Shown here: positions 1 through 8,629 of the stretch, in pieces | Layout: every line of letters starts with the position of its first letter | How positions within the stretch are numbered: position 1 is the stretch's first letter | DNA from: Candidatus Nomurabacteria bacterium | GTDB lineage: Bacteria > Patescibacteriota > Minisyncoccia > Phycocordibacterales > UBA9973 | Direction: 5' to 3' | DNA: 64,000 nucleotides | Assembly: GCA_026395995.1 (NCBI GenBank) | Contig: JAPLXQ010000010.1 | Location: forward strand, 218,179-282,178 | Position numbers and translations under genes: made by a program | Notes under the pieces: generated by a model | Database searches by the model: none | Seen by the model: the letters and a program-made list of their open reading frames with translations, nothing else | What the model was told of the DNA's origin: nothing

Positions 1-1
1 T

Positions 2-139
2 GGAAAAGAAGACGGAATACTTGGCCCTATTACAGATGGAGCTATAAAAAGAATGCAGAAATATCTAGGTACTTATACTGACGGAATGATTGGTCCTATC
101 ACAAGAGAATTGATTAATAATTCTTGTGGAACTAATTAA
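2..139 (+). CDS. C-terminal fragment of a peptidoglycan-binding (PG_binding_1-like) domain protein, 5-prime partial
   Basis: Frame 2 translates ...GILGPITDGAIKRMQKYLGTYTDGMIGPITRELINNSCGTN*, the tandem G-x-IGP-x-T pattern of PG-binding domains. Runs off the window start. Confidence 0.4.
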   Translation, partial: GKEDGILGPITDGAIKRMQKYLGTYTDGMIGPITRELINNSCGTN

Positions 140-228
140 TTCCTAAAAATTAGGTTTTGTGCTATAATGTAACGGTGCAATTATAAAGTAATGCCTAGGC
201 TTCGGCAGGGCAAATTATGAATTAATAT

Positions 229-420
229 ATGGCTACAGTTTTAAAAGCATTGTGTATGAAGTGTAGAACAGAAAATAAACCAACTATGCGTGATATGGTG
301 AACCCAGTCGTTACAAAAAATGAAAAAGGACGTTATAGTGCAAAAGGTACTTGTACTGTCTGTGGAGGTAATATGTTCAAATTTATGTCTGCAGCTGATG
401 GCGAGGCAATGATGAAATAA
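229..420 (+). CDS. small zinc-ribbon protein (CxxC...CxxC)
   Basis: 63 aa with CMKC and CTVCGG motifs about 30 aa apart. Extended -10 TGCTATAAT upstream near 157-165; hairpin terminator downstream. Confidence 0.5.
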   Translation: MATVLKALCMKCRTENKPTMRDMVNPVVTKNEKGRYSAKGTCTVCGGNMFKFMSAADGEAMMK

Positions 421-437
421 ATTTTAAATAAGAACAA

Positions 438-466
438 AAAAAATCCCTATATGGGATTTTTTTTGT
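438..466 (+). terminator. rho-independent terminator
   Basis: aaatccctatatgggattt hairpin followed by a T-run. Confidence 0.6.
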
Positions 467-699
467 TGTAGTAAAGGTTTAAAATTAGGTAATGATTTTT
501 TTCTGTGTTAAGGTTATGCCATAGTCGCAGATTACTAGAATCTTAAATTTAAATTTTTATGACAGATGAAATAATAACACCAGAAGGTGAAGAAGCGGTA
601 GTGGCTCCAGAAATGGAAGCTCCAGCGACAGAAGAAATTCCAGCTGAAGCAGAAGATGCTATAGAAGAAACAACCCCAGAAGCTGTTGCATAGCAAATC

Positions 700-729
700 A
701 AAAAAAAGACCTTCGGGTCTTTTTTTTTG
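700..729 (+). terminator. rho-independent terminator after a 46-aa acidic small ORF (554..694)
   Basis: agaccttcgggtct stem-loop followed by T9. Confidence 0.55.
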
Positions 730-791
730 ATTATATTTTTTTAAAATAAAAAACCCGACAATAGCCGGATTTTCTTTTTTGTTTTATTTTC

Positions 792-1118
792 TTATCTGCT
801 AAACCACAAGGAAAGGAATTCTCCTAACCCCATGTGATTATGAATAGCTGCAGCTTTATAAAAGCTGAAAGCCATTATGAAAAATAATACTATTCCACCC
901 CATAGGCAGAATTGACCAATCCTTTGCTGCTGCAATTCCGTTTTTTTACCTACGATTAAATAAAAAACAAAAATTACTCCCAACAAAATCGGTATGCCAA
1001 TTAGTGTTGATATGAACGTTTTGTGGTCCATAAATTTAAAAAATAAAGAGTATACTATAATACTCATTATTGCTACAAATGTAATGTAGCCATTGCGAAA
1101 GGTGATTTTTTTTAACAT
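792..1118 (-). CDS. small integral membrane protein, unknown function
   Basis: 108 aa, three predicted hydrophobic helices; driven by the consensus promoter module at 1256-1284. Confidence 0.5.
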   Translation of the reverse strand: MLKKITFRNGYITFVAIMSIIVYSLFFKFMDHKTFISTLIGIPILLGVIFVFYLIVGKKTELQQQRIGQFCLWGGIVLFFIMAFSFYKAAAIHNHMGLGEFLSLWFSR

Positions 1119-1255
1119 TTTTTTTGTGTTTTACTTTTTTTGTCTACTCTTTAGATTTTCGACTTCCTCTTATTTACCGAACAAACTAATGTAATAATTA
1201 GCTCGGTAAATAAGGAGAATAGTAAAACAAATTTCAAGTAACATTAACTCTGTAA

Positions 1256-1284
1256 AGTATAGCATATTAAATTATAAAAGTCAA
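1256..1284 (-). promoter_or_regulatory. near-consensus sigma70-type promoter TTGACT-N17-TGCTATACT (module copy 1)
   Basis: Reverse complement reads cTTGACTtttataatttaatatgcTATACTt; -35 at 1279-1284, -10 at 1256-1261, 17-nt spacer, TGn extension. Confidence 0.6.
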
Positions 1285-1350
1285 GTTAAATAAAACTAAG
1301 CCATATTTTATGGCTCTTGTTAGATTTTTGGGTTATCCACAGGTATTTAC

Positions 1351-1379
1351 TTGCATGTGAACGTTCGTTCACTTATAAT
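1351..1379 (+). promoter_or_regulatory. lexA operon promoter with an embedded Cheo-type LexA box
   Basis: -35 TTGCAT (1351-1356), 17-nt spacer, -10 TATAAT (1374-1379). The spacer holds cGAACgttcGTTCac (1359-1370), matching GAAC-N4-GTTC. Confidence 0.6.
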
Positions 1380-1409
1380 GAATGTATTAGAAATAATATA
1401 TAAAAATTT

Positions 1410-1607
1410 ATGAGTAAAGAACAATATTTAAAAATCATCAATAAGGAATTGCAAAAGGTTAACAAGAAGATCGATGTAAAAATCGTAAAAGGTGAGCAAT
1501 ATTTTCGTGAAGCACGTGAGCATAAAATGCTTCTCAGAAAAGCTCGACAATTTAATGGACAAGGGTTTCTTGGTAGACTTTTTTCCTTTCAATTTTCCTT
1601 TCGTTAA
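1410..1607 (+). CDS. small hypothetical protein co-transcribed upstream of lexA
   Basis: 65-aa ORF between the SOS-box promoter and lexA; basic, no recognisable domain. Confidence 0.3.
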   Translation: MSKEQYLKIINKELQKVNKKIDVKIVKGEQYFREAREHKMLLRKARQFNGQGFLGRLFSFQFSFR

Positions 1608-1647
1608 GAGGAATAAAAGTAAAATAAAAACGTGATACAATAAATCT

Positions 1648-2217
1648 ATGCAAAACGATTACAAAGACAAACTAAATACTTTCTATTCAAAGAACAAAAG
1701 GATGCCGACATACACAGAAATGATGAAACTGTTTTCTTTTAAGTCCAAGAATGCCGTAGCCCGAGTCGTCGATAAAATGATCGAAGCCGGACTCGTAGCC
1801 AAAGACCACCTCGGTCGTTTAGTTCCCGATAAATTTTTAAATGAAGTAGTAATGCTCGGCTCTGTGAAGGCCGGATTTCCGAGTGATGTCGAGGAGCAAA
1901 CTTTTAATGATACAGTAAACCTAGATGATTTTTTAATAGAGAAAAAAGACTCCACATATATGCTCGAAGTGGATGGTGATTCTATGATCGACGCACATAT
2001 TAAAAATGGTGATATGGTTCTCGCTGAACGCACAAACAAAGCTAAAGATGGAGACATTGTGATAGCTGAAGTAGATGGCGAATTTACAATGAAATATTTT
2101 AAACAAAAAGGTGACAAGGTCTGGCTCGAACCAGCCAACAAAAATTTCAAACCAATCTATCCTAAATATGATTTAAAAGTCACAGCTATTGTAAAAGCTG
2201 TCATTAGAAAATACTAA
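1648..2217 (+). CDS. lexA: LexA repressor (S24 peptidase family)
   Basis: N-terminal winged HTH; C-terminal GDSM catalytic Ser motif and downstream Lys (MKYFKQKGDKVWLEP) typical of LexA autocleavage. Confidence 0.85.
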   Translation: MQNDYKDKLNTFYSKNKRMPTYTEMMKLFSFKSKNAVARVVDKMIEAGLVAKDHLGRLVPDKFLNEVVMLGSVKAGFPSDVEEQTFNDTVNLDDFLIEKKDSTYMLEVDGDSMIDAHIKNGDMVLAERTNKAKDGDIVIAEVDGEFTMKYFKQKGDKVWLEPANKNFKPIYPKYDLKVTAIVKAVIRKY

Positions 2218-2254
2218 ATTAGAAAATATTTGAATTTTCTGCTAGTATGACTAT

Positions 2255-2824
2255 ATGAAGATAACTTCTGCAAAATTCGTCAAAGGAGTCGTCGGTGACG
2301 ACGAAATCCTCGGCAATGGCATTCCACAGATTGCTTTTATTGGGCGTTCCAATGTCGGTAAATCAAGTGTGATAAACTCTCTTACTGGAGTAAAAGATTT
2401 AGCTCGCACGAGTTCTTTTCCAGGCCGTACCCAAGAAATAAATCTTTTTCTAATCAATACTAAATTTTACTTAGTAGACTTACCTGGGTATGGTTATGCA
2501 AAAATGTCTAATGCTGGACGAGATGCTATAGCAGAGCTTATCAGCTCATATTTTTTTCATTCGACGTATGTTCAAGAAAAAGTAGTATTGATTATCGATG
2601 CTGTCGTCGGTTTTACTGATAAAGATTTGGGCATGCTCCGAGCACTAGAAGAACATGATAAAAATATAATTATTGTTGCAAACAAAATAGATAAATTAAA
2701 AAAATCTGAATTAAATAAACAACTTAAAAAAATAGGGGATATGACAATGGGGCATATTATTATTCCTTATTCTGCTTTGAAAAAAATCGGAATCAAAGAA
2801 CTCTCCAAAGAAATGCTAAGCTAA
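2255..2824 (+). CDS. engB: ribosome biogenesis GTP-binding protein EngB/YsxC
   Basis: IAFIGRSNVGKSSVINSLTG P-loop and DLPGYGY motif. Confidence 0.85.
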   Translation: MKITSAKFVKGVVGDDEILGNGIPQIAFIGRSNVGKSSVINSLTGVKDLARTSSFPGRTQEINLFLINTKFYLVDLPGYGYAKMSNAGRDAIAELISSYFFHSTYVQEKVVLIIDAVVGFTDKDLGMLRALEEHDKNIIIVANKIDKLKKSELNKQLKKIGDMTMGHIIIPYSALKKIGIKELSKEMLS

Positions 2825-2921
2825 AAAGCCTTGCCCGGTCGCTTATAGCGACGGGGTTGACTTTTAAAGCCTAAACCTGTATAATGGGTTTAGAGTAATT
2901 TGTAAACAAAAACACAAAAAG

Positions 2922-3740
2922 ATGAAAAATATACTGATTTTATTACCGATTTTGGCTGTTACAGCCTTATTTTCATGTAAATCTAGCCAGCAAATAGTGG
3001 CTGAAAAAGAAAAAGTAGCCAAAGTGGACACCTTACTTATTCCTTTAAAGTTAGAGAGAATAAAGAAAGAATTTAATGTGGCAAATGAAGATCTTATAAA
3101 CAAACGCCACGTATTTAATGATGGAGAGATTCGTTTCTCTCGGCCGAATGAGAAAAAGTCTCAAGGAGTTGATGAGAATGATGATGCTTTGGTTCTGAGT
3201 ACTATAAATGAACCGGAGACAGTCATTGTCCCAAATCACACCAAGGGAGTAATTACTGGAATCAATGAAAAAACAAATACCATTTGGGTATGTTTTGATT
3301 CAATCAAAAAAATTACTTTACCTTTTGGCTTAGGGTCTGACGGAAGTTACTTTTTTAACATTAAGTCACCAGAATATGGTGATCGGACAATGTTTGTTTT
3401 TTATAATGATACAAAATATTCTGCAAGTGTATCATATAAAAAAGTATTATTACTTATTAGGGTTAAATACCCAAATAGAGTAAGTAAAAAAGAGATAACT
3501 GCGTCTGGCGTTGAAATATCTTCAGCTTCATCCTCTCCTGAACAGGATACGTACTATCCTGGTTTGAAAAAACAGGAGCCAAAAAAGGATGAACCAAAAA
3601 AGCCGGAAGCTAAATCCGACATTGATGAAATGTTAAAGGAGCTGCAAAAAAAGAAAGACGCAGAACCGGCAAAAAAAGCAGAAGAAAAAAAGCCAGAAGT
3701 TAAATCTGGCCCAAGAAGATCAAGACCGTCTCCTAAATAG
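2922..3740 (+). CDS. lipoprotein with Lys/Glu/Pro-rich low-complexity C-terminal tail
   Basis: Signal peptide with lipobox LFSC; C-terminus KKQEPKKDEPKKPEAKS... repeats. Confidence 0.6.
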   Translation: MKNILILLPILAVTALFSCKSSQQIVAEKEKVAKVDTLLIPLKLERIKKEFNVANEDLINKRHVFNDGEIRFSRPNEKKSQGVDENDDALVLSTINEPETVIVPNHTKGVITGINEKTNTIWVCFDSIKKITLPFGLGSDGSYFFNIKSPEYGDRTMFVFYNDTKYSASVSYKKVLLLIRVKYPNRVSKKEITASGVEISSASSSPEQDTYYPGLKKQEPKKDEPKKPEAKSDIDEMLKELQKKKDAEPAKKAEEKKPEVKSGPRRSRPSPK

Positions 3741-3798
3741 GGGGCGGTTTTTTTATATTTACTATCTATTTTTTAATGAATAGTTTATACTCTGATTA

Positions 3799-4578
3799 AT
3801 GAATCGAAATTACATAAAATTAAAGACTTTTTTATTGGGAATTATTTTAATAAGTCCTGCTGTTTTTCCTAATTTTAGTCTAGCAAAAGATAAAATAGAA
3901 ATTCTTCCAGCCAATGTCCCGATATTGGTATATCATAGTATTTCCATAGATAATAAAAATATAAGCTTAAAGAATCAGCAATTTTTTGTTGAACAAAAAA
4001 TGTTTGAAAAACAAATTCTTTATTTAAAAGAAAAGGGTTATGATATTATTTCCTTTGGTACCCTTGTAGATCATATTTCAAAATCTTTACCATTTGATAA
4101 AAAATCTGTTGTTTTTACTTTTGATGATGGAGATGAAAATCAGTATTTAAATGCTTTTCCAATTCTTAAAAAACATGGAGTCACAGCGACATTTTTTATC
4201 TACACAAATCCTATTGGACGTAATAAACATTTTATGACATGGGAGCAAGTAATAGAGCTCGATAAAGCAGGAATGACGATCGCCGATCATACCAAATATC
4301 ATCCTTTTTTGAGAAAAATTACAGACCCGAAGGTTTTAATTAATGAAATAGTAGATAGTAAAAATATTATAGAGAAAAAGCTAGGTAAAAAAGTTCTATT
4401 TTTTGCGTATCCATTTTATCAAACTAGCCCTGATTCTATTGCTTTATTGAAGAAATCTGGCTATACAGCTGCAAGAGGTGGTTATTATAAGAATTCAAAT
4501 ACCATAGACAGGCTTTTTGAAATGCGAGCAATGGAACCAAACAATAATTTTAAGCAATTTTCATCTATATTCAAATAA
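3799..4578 (+). CDS. polysaccharide deacetylase (NodB homology domain) family protein
   Basis: Signal peptide; VFTFDDGDENQY (TFDDG motif) and HTKYHP His motifs. Confidence 0.75.
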   Translation: MNRNYIKLKTFLLGIILISPAVFPNFSLAKDKIEILPANVPILVYHSISIDNKNISLKNQQFFVEQKMFEKQILYLKEKGYDIISFGTLVDHISKSLPFDKKSVVFTFDDGDENQYLNAFPILKKHGVTATFFIYTNPIGRNKHFMTWEQVIELDKAGMTIADHTKYHPFLRKITDPKVLINEIVDSKNIIEKKLGKKVLFFAYPFYQTSPDSIALLKKSGYTAARGGYYKNSNTIDRLFEMRAMEPNNNFKQFSSIFK

Positions 4579-4585
4579 TAAAAAG

Positions 4586-4594
4586 TGATATAAT
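4586..4594 (+). promoter_or_regulatory. extended -10 element (TGATATAAT) for hpf
   Basis: TGn-TATAAT about 70 nt upstream of the hpf ATG. Confidence 0.45.
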
Positions 4595-4604
4595 CAGTGT
4601 ATGA

Positions 4605-4665
4605 ATCCCGTTAGAAATCGCTAATGGGAAAGTAAAAGATTATTAACTTAAATTTCTAACGGGAT
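4605..4665 (+). promoter_or_regulatory. structured hpf leader: 14-bp perfect inverted repeat ending at the start codon
   Basis: atcccgttagaaat (4605-4618) pairs with atttctaacgggat (4652-4665); the 3-prime arm ends in the AT of the ATG (4664). Would sequester the RBS and start codon. Confidence 0.5.
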
Positions 4666-5047
4666 GAATATAAATATAAAAATAAAAAACATTGAGCCAG
4701 TAGAACCTTTAAATGAATATGTAAACAAGCGTCTTGTTGTTTTGGAAAAATTTATAAAAAATCCAGATACTATTATCTATGTTGAAGTCGGTAAAACTAC
4801 GAACCATCATAAAAATGGAGATGTCTTTAAAGCAGAAATAATGATTGGTTCTGGTGACAGTAAGTTCTTCGCTATTTGCGAGACAGATGATGTCTACAAA
4901 GCTGTTGATGAGGCTAAAGAAGAATTGGTTAGAAAATTCACTTCCAATAAAGATAAAAAACAAACACTTTTCAAACGTGGCGCAAGTAGTGTAAAAAAAA
5001 TGTTAAAAGGTATTTCAGACAGAAACCCTTTTACTTCAAAGTATTAA
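4664..5047 (+). CDS. hpf: ribosome hibernation promoting factor / RaiA family
   Basis: MNINIKIKNIEPVEPLNEYVNKRL... fits the sigma-54 modulation / YfiA fold; length about 127 aa. Confidence 0.8.
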   Translation: MNINIKIKNIEPVEPLNEYVNKRLVVLEKFIKNPDTIIYVEVGKTTNHHKNGDVFKAEIMIGSGDSKFFAICETDDVYKAVDEAKEELVRKFTSNKDKKQTLFKRGASSVKKMLKGISDRNPFTSKY

Positions 5048-5105
5048 TTTTAATAAACAAAGTTTTTAAATAACACTTTTTCGCGGTCACGAAAAAGTGT
5101 TATTT

Positions 5106-5933
5106 TTAATTTTTGTATTCTTGTTCTTTTCCACCTTCAGGAATCACTTTTTTGATTACAAATTTACCATCTTCGAGCTTGGCATCTGTGACGATAATTC
5201 TTTTACCTTCTTTGAAAAAGAAAGTTCTAGGCCATAGGGAATACGCTCGGAATTTATTGTATTTTTGTTCCTCGGAATCTCCTTCATTTAAAAGCCCATC
5301 TTCTTTTTTAATTTTTTTACAGTTTGTAGCTTGTGTTTCATCTTGAATTTGAAGCCCCTGATAAGGGGTTGGGGTTGTATTTAGCGTTTTTATTAAAAGT
5401 TCACCACCAATTTTGATTAATTTTTTACGTAATTCTGTAGCATGTTCATCTGGATTTATAGATACTTTTTCCATGGCGATTATTGGTCCTGTATCCATCT
5501 TATAAACCATTTTTTGAATGGCTATACCTGTCTCAGCGTCACCATTTAAAATAGCTGATTCGACAGGTGAAGCTCCACGGTATTTCGGAAGTAGAGAGTA
5601 ATGAATATTAATAGAACCATACTTAGGTATATTTATAATTTCTTCAGATAAAATTTTTCCGTAAGCGACGACTATAGCGAGTCGAAAGTTGAAAGTTGAA
5701 AGTTTTAAAGTAAATTCAGTATCTAACTTTTCAGGTTGTAAGTACGGAATGTTGTTTTCAATCGCCCATACTTTAGTTGGACTAGGAGTCATCAGCATCT
5801 TTCTTCCTTGAGGCCTATCTGGAGAAGTGATAATTAATGTAGGTGTATATCCATTTATTTTTAAAATAGATAAGGTCTCTGAAGCTACATCAGGTGTACC
5901 AAAAAAAACGAAATTGTAATTATTTGTATTCAC
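5106..5933 (-). CDS. fmt: methionyl-tRNA formyltransferase
   Basis: N-terminal FFGTPDVASETL, SLLPKYRGASPV motif; conserved synteny fmt-def. Confidence 0.9.
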   Translation of the reverse strand: MNTNNYNFVFFGTPDVASETLSILKINGYTPTLIITSPDRPQGRKMLMTPSPTKVWAIENNIPYLQPEKLDTEFTLKLSTFNFRLAIVVAYGKILSEEIINIPKYGSINIHYSLLPKYRGASPVESAILNGDAETGIAIQKMVYKMDTGPIIAMEKVSINPDEHATELRKKLIKIGGELLIKTLNTTPTPYQGLQIQDETQATNCKKIKKEDGLLNEGDSEEQKYNKFRAYSLWPRTFFFKEGKRIIVTDAKLEDGKFVIKKVIPEGGKEQEYKN

Positions 5934-5965
5934 TTTAGAACTTTAAAAACTTTTAACTTTATAAC

Positions 5966-6523
5966 TTATTGAGGTTCTTCTTCTTTTAAATCTTTCGCAT
6001 GATCATGAAAGAGAATACCATTTAAGTGGTCTGTTTCATGTTGAAAAATTTGAGCTAAAAGGCCACTAGCCCCACGAACAAACTTAGCACCATTTTCATC
6101 GTAAGCTTCTATTGTGGCCTTTGTAGAGCGGTATGTCTTGCCATAGAGCCATCGCACAGAAAGGCATCCTTCAGGTACCCATTTTTTTGTACGAGAAAGT
6201 TTTGTAATTTTAGGATTAATAAAAACTAAGTTTTTAGGAATTGATTTTTCTTCTTTCTCTACAGTTTCAGTATTAGATTCTTTTGAATTTATCGCTTTAT
6301 CATCCATGAAATTTTTATCAAAAACTTTACCAGCAACAGTAAAAATTCTAAATGAATAACCAATCTGGGGTGCGGCAATAGCTACACCATCATCTTGTTT
6401 TGTTAAAGCTATGTCCATTTCTTTTAATATTTTTTTTATCTTCAAAGAGCCAATATCTTTTATTGGAATTTCAGCGGCAATTTCTCTTAGAACTTTTTCA
6501 TCTCTTTGGAGAATATCTTTCAT
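5966..6523 (-). CDS. def: peptide deformylase
   Basis: IAAPQIGY, EGCLS and QHETDHLNG (HExxH) motifs. Confidence 0.85.
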   Translation of the reverse strand: MKDILQRDEKVLREIAAEIPIKDIGSLKIKKILKEMDIALTKQDDGVAIAAPQIGYSFRIFTVAGKVFDKNFMDDKAINSKESNTETVEKEEKSIPKNLVFINPKITKLSRTKKWVPEGCLSVRWLYGKTYRSTKATIEAYDENGAKFVRGASGLLAQIFQHETDHLNGILFHDHAKDLKEEEPQ

Positions 6524-6533
6524 TTGCTTAAAT

Positions 6534-7844
6534 TTATTTTTCTTTAATATCTTTTAAATATTCTAGAAGTTTTGTTAATTTCACTGTTTCTTGTGAACGA
6601 TTACTCATATCACGTACAATAACAGAATCTTCTAAAGCCTCTTTTAGTCCAAAAATTAGAGCATAAGGAATTTGTAATTTTTCTGCAATTGCTAGCTGGG
6701 CACCTAATGTATCTTTTGATAGTGATTGAGCCATTGGAATGTGTGCTTTACGTAGCATTTCGGTAACATTTAGACTTTTTAATTTTGCATCACTGCCAAG
6801 TTGAATAAAATATACTTTTGGTTTTTTGATAATACGAGGAGCAAGTTTTTTGTACCAAGGCATTAAAAGTACACGATCTGCAGAAATAGAAATACCTACA
6901 GCTGGAACATCTTTTTTACCACCTAATTGTTTTCCAAGATAATCATATCTACCACCTCCTGCAATAGCCATACCCTTTGTTTCACTTTCTGATTCATCAA
7001 TAATTTCAAAAACTGTACGAGTATAATATGAAAGTCCACGTACAAGACACTTGTTCAAATTGTATTGAATACCCATTTCTTCTAAATATTCTAGTACTTC
7101 TTTGAAGTGTTTTTTACAAGCAGGGCAAAGGAATGAAACAGCATCAGGTGCACCTTCGTTTATGACTTTAGTTTTTTCATCTTTTGAATCTAGGATGCGA
7201 AGTGGATTAGTTTTTAATCTTTCACGGTCAATAGCAGGTAAATCACCAATATGTTTTTTGTAATAATTTACTAATTCCTTTATATATCCATTTCGGCATT
7301 CTTTATCACCAATAGAGTTTATATCGATTGAAAGATTTGTAGCACCTGCTTCTTCTAGAATACTCATTCCGGCTTTAATAATGAGTGCATCCATGATACT
7401 CTTTTCACTGCCAAGTGAGTCTAAATCGAATTGATTAAATTGACGGTAACGTCCTTTTTGTGGATTATCATGTCTAAAGACTGGGCCATATTGATAGAAC
7501 ATCACAGGTTGAGGCATATTTTGCATTCCTTGCTCAATATAAGCACGCATGAGTGATCCTGTATGTTCAGGACGAAGAGCAAGATGATCACCACCTTTTG
7601 TTTTAAGTGTGTACATTTCTTTATCAATGATATCTGTCCCTTCTCCAATACCAGAAGTAAAAGTTTCTTCATGTTCCATGATTGGAGTCTCAATTGGCTT
7701 GAATCCATAATAGATAGCAACTTCTTGGGCTTTTTCAAAAAAACCTTGGAAGCTATAATATTCTTCATTCATTATGTCGCGCATACCTTTTGGAGAAGAT
7801 AAATTTTTTCCTGCCTTCTTTGCTGCTGTACTTGTTTTAGTCAT
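6534..7844 (-). CDS. hisS: histidine--tRNA ligase
   Basis: Class II aaRS motifs: LRPEHTGS, FRHDNPQKGRYRQFNQFDLD, AIAGGGRYD. Confidence 0.9.
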   Translation of the reverse strand: MTKTSTAAKKAGKNLSSPKGMRDIMNEEYYSFQGFFEKAQEVAIYYGFKPIETPIMEHEETFTSGIGEGTDIIDKEMYTLKTKGGDHLALRPEHTGSLMRAYIEQGMQNMPQPVMFYQYGPVFRHDNPQKGRYRQFNQFDLDSLGSEKSIMDALIIKAGMSILEEAGATNLSIDINSIGDKECRNGYIKELVNYYKKHIGDLPAIDRERLKTNPLRILDSKDEKTKVINEGAPDAVSFLCPACKKHFKEVLEYLEEMGIQYNLNKCLVRGLSYYTRTVFEIIDESESETKGMAIAGGGRYDYLGKQLGGKKDVPAVGISISADRVLLMPWYKKLAPRIIKKPKVYFIQLGSDAKLKSLNVTEMLRKAHIPMAQSLSKDTLGAQLAIAEKLQIPYALIFGLKEALEDSVIVRDMSNRSQETVKLTKLLEYLKDIKEK

Positions 7845-7848
7845 AAAT

Positions 7849-8457
7849 TTAATTTAATTGCTTATAATAACCTGGTAAAAAAGATATTTTATTTATTGGC
7901 AAAAGTCTAATGAGTGCTCTTCCAACTAATAATTTTTTAGGAACCGGACCCCAATATCGAGAGTCTGAACTTCCTGAACGATTGTCTCCCATAACAAAGT
8001 ATTCGTCATTATTTAAAACTTTTATAGAGCTGTCTTCAGAATGATTTTTAACATAACTTTGATCAAGATTAAATCCTTCTGGATGTTCTTTGTTTATTAT
8101 TATTGTTTGTTCAGCTTTTACTTTTACAGTTTCACCAGGTAAACCAATAATTCTTTTTATAAAAAATTTAGATGGATCATTTGGATATCTAAAGACTACG
8201 ACATCACCACGTTTTGGGTTTTGTAAATAATAAGTGATTTCATCAACAATTAAATATTGACCATTTTGAAAAGTTGGCACCATTGAAGTACCCGATACAA
8301 TAAAAGGCTGAGCGACAAAGATTCGAATAGGTATGACTATAACAATCGCTATAAAAGCAAAACGCACAAGTTCCCAGAAAGACTCTTTAAATGATTGCTT
8401 CTTTTCTTGGTTTTCAGGTAACATGTTTGCCACTGCTTCTTCATTTTCTTTTTGCAT
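7849..8457 (-). CDS. lepB: signal peptidase I
   Basis: SGTSMVPTF (Ser box), GDNRSGSSDSRYWG box E. Confidence 0.85.
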   Translation of the reverse strand: MQKENEEAVANMLPENQEKKQSFKESFWELVRFAFIAIVIVIPIRIFVAQPFIVSGTSMVPTFQNGQYLIVDEITYYLQNPKRGDVVVFRYPNDPSKFFIKRIIGLPGETVKVKAEQTIIINKEHPEGFNLDQSYVKNHSEDSSIKVLNNDEYFVMGDNRSGSSDSRYWGPVPKKLLVGRALIRLLPINKISFLPGYYKQLN

Positions 8458-8528
8458 TTGAGTATTTTACCATATAATGTCCTTGACACAATGGTTATTA
8501 TTGTTTTGTAATAAAAATTCACCTAACT

Positions 8529-8599
8529 CGCCCCACCCCGTCTGCTATGCATCCACCCCTCCTCATTTTTTACAAAAAAATGAGGAGGGGAATGGGGGT
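8529..8599. repeat. GC-rich palindromic mini-element (CT-arm/GA-arm family) in the lepB-pth divergent region
   Basis: ccccaccccg...cccctcctcattttttacaaaaaaatgaggaggggaatggggg: a 17-bp perfect inverted repeat flanked by CCCCACCCC/GGGGG, in a 30% GC background. Confidence 0.6.
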
Positions 8600-8629
8600 A
8601 AATTTTTTGAAATATGTTATCATAAATAT

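Noticed and set aside
5683-5706. Tandem gaaagtt x3 microrepeat inside fmt
   Set aside because: Too short (3 x 7 bp), in-frame within a conserved gene, with no flanking repeat structure; likely a chance or slippage microsatellite, not a CRISPR or mobile element.
8477-8629. N-terminal 51-codon extension of the tracked pth ORF
   Set aside because: It translates only the GC-rich palindromic element (SPNSPHPVCYASTPPHF...). The canonical Pth N-terminus MKLIVGLGNPG starts at 8630, so the extension is an artifact.
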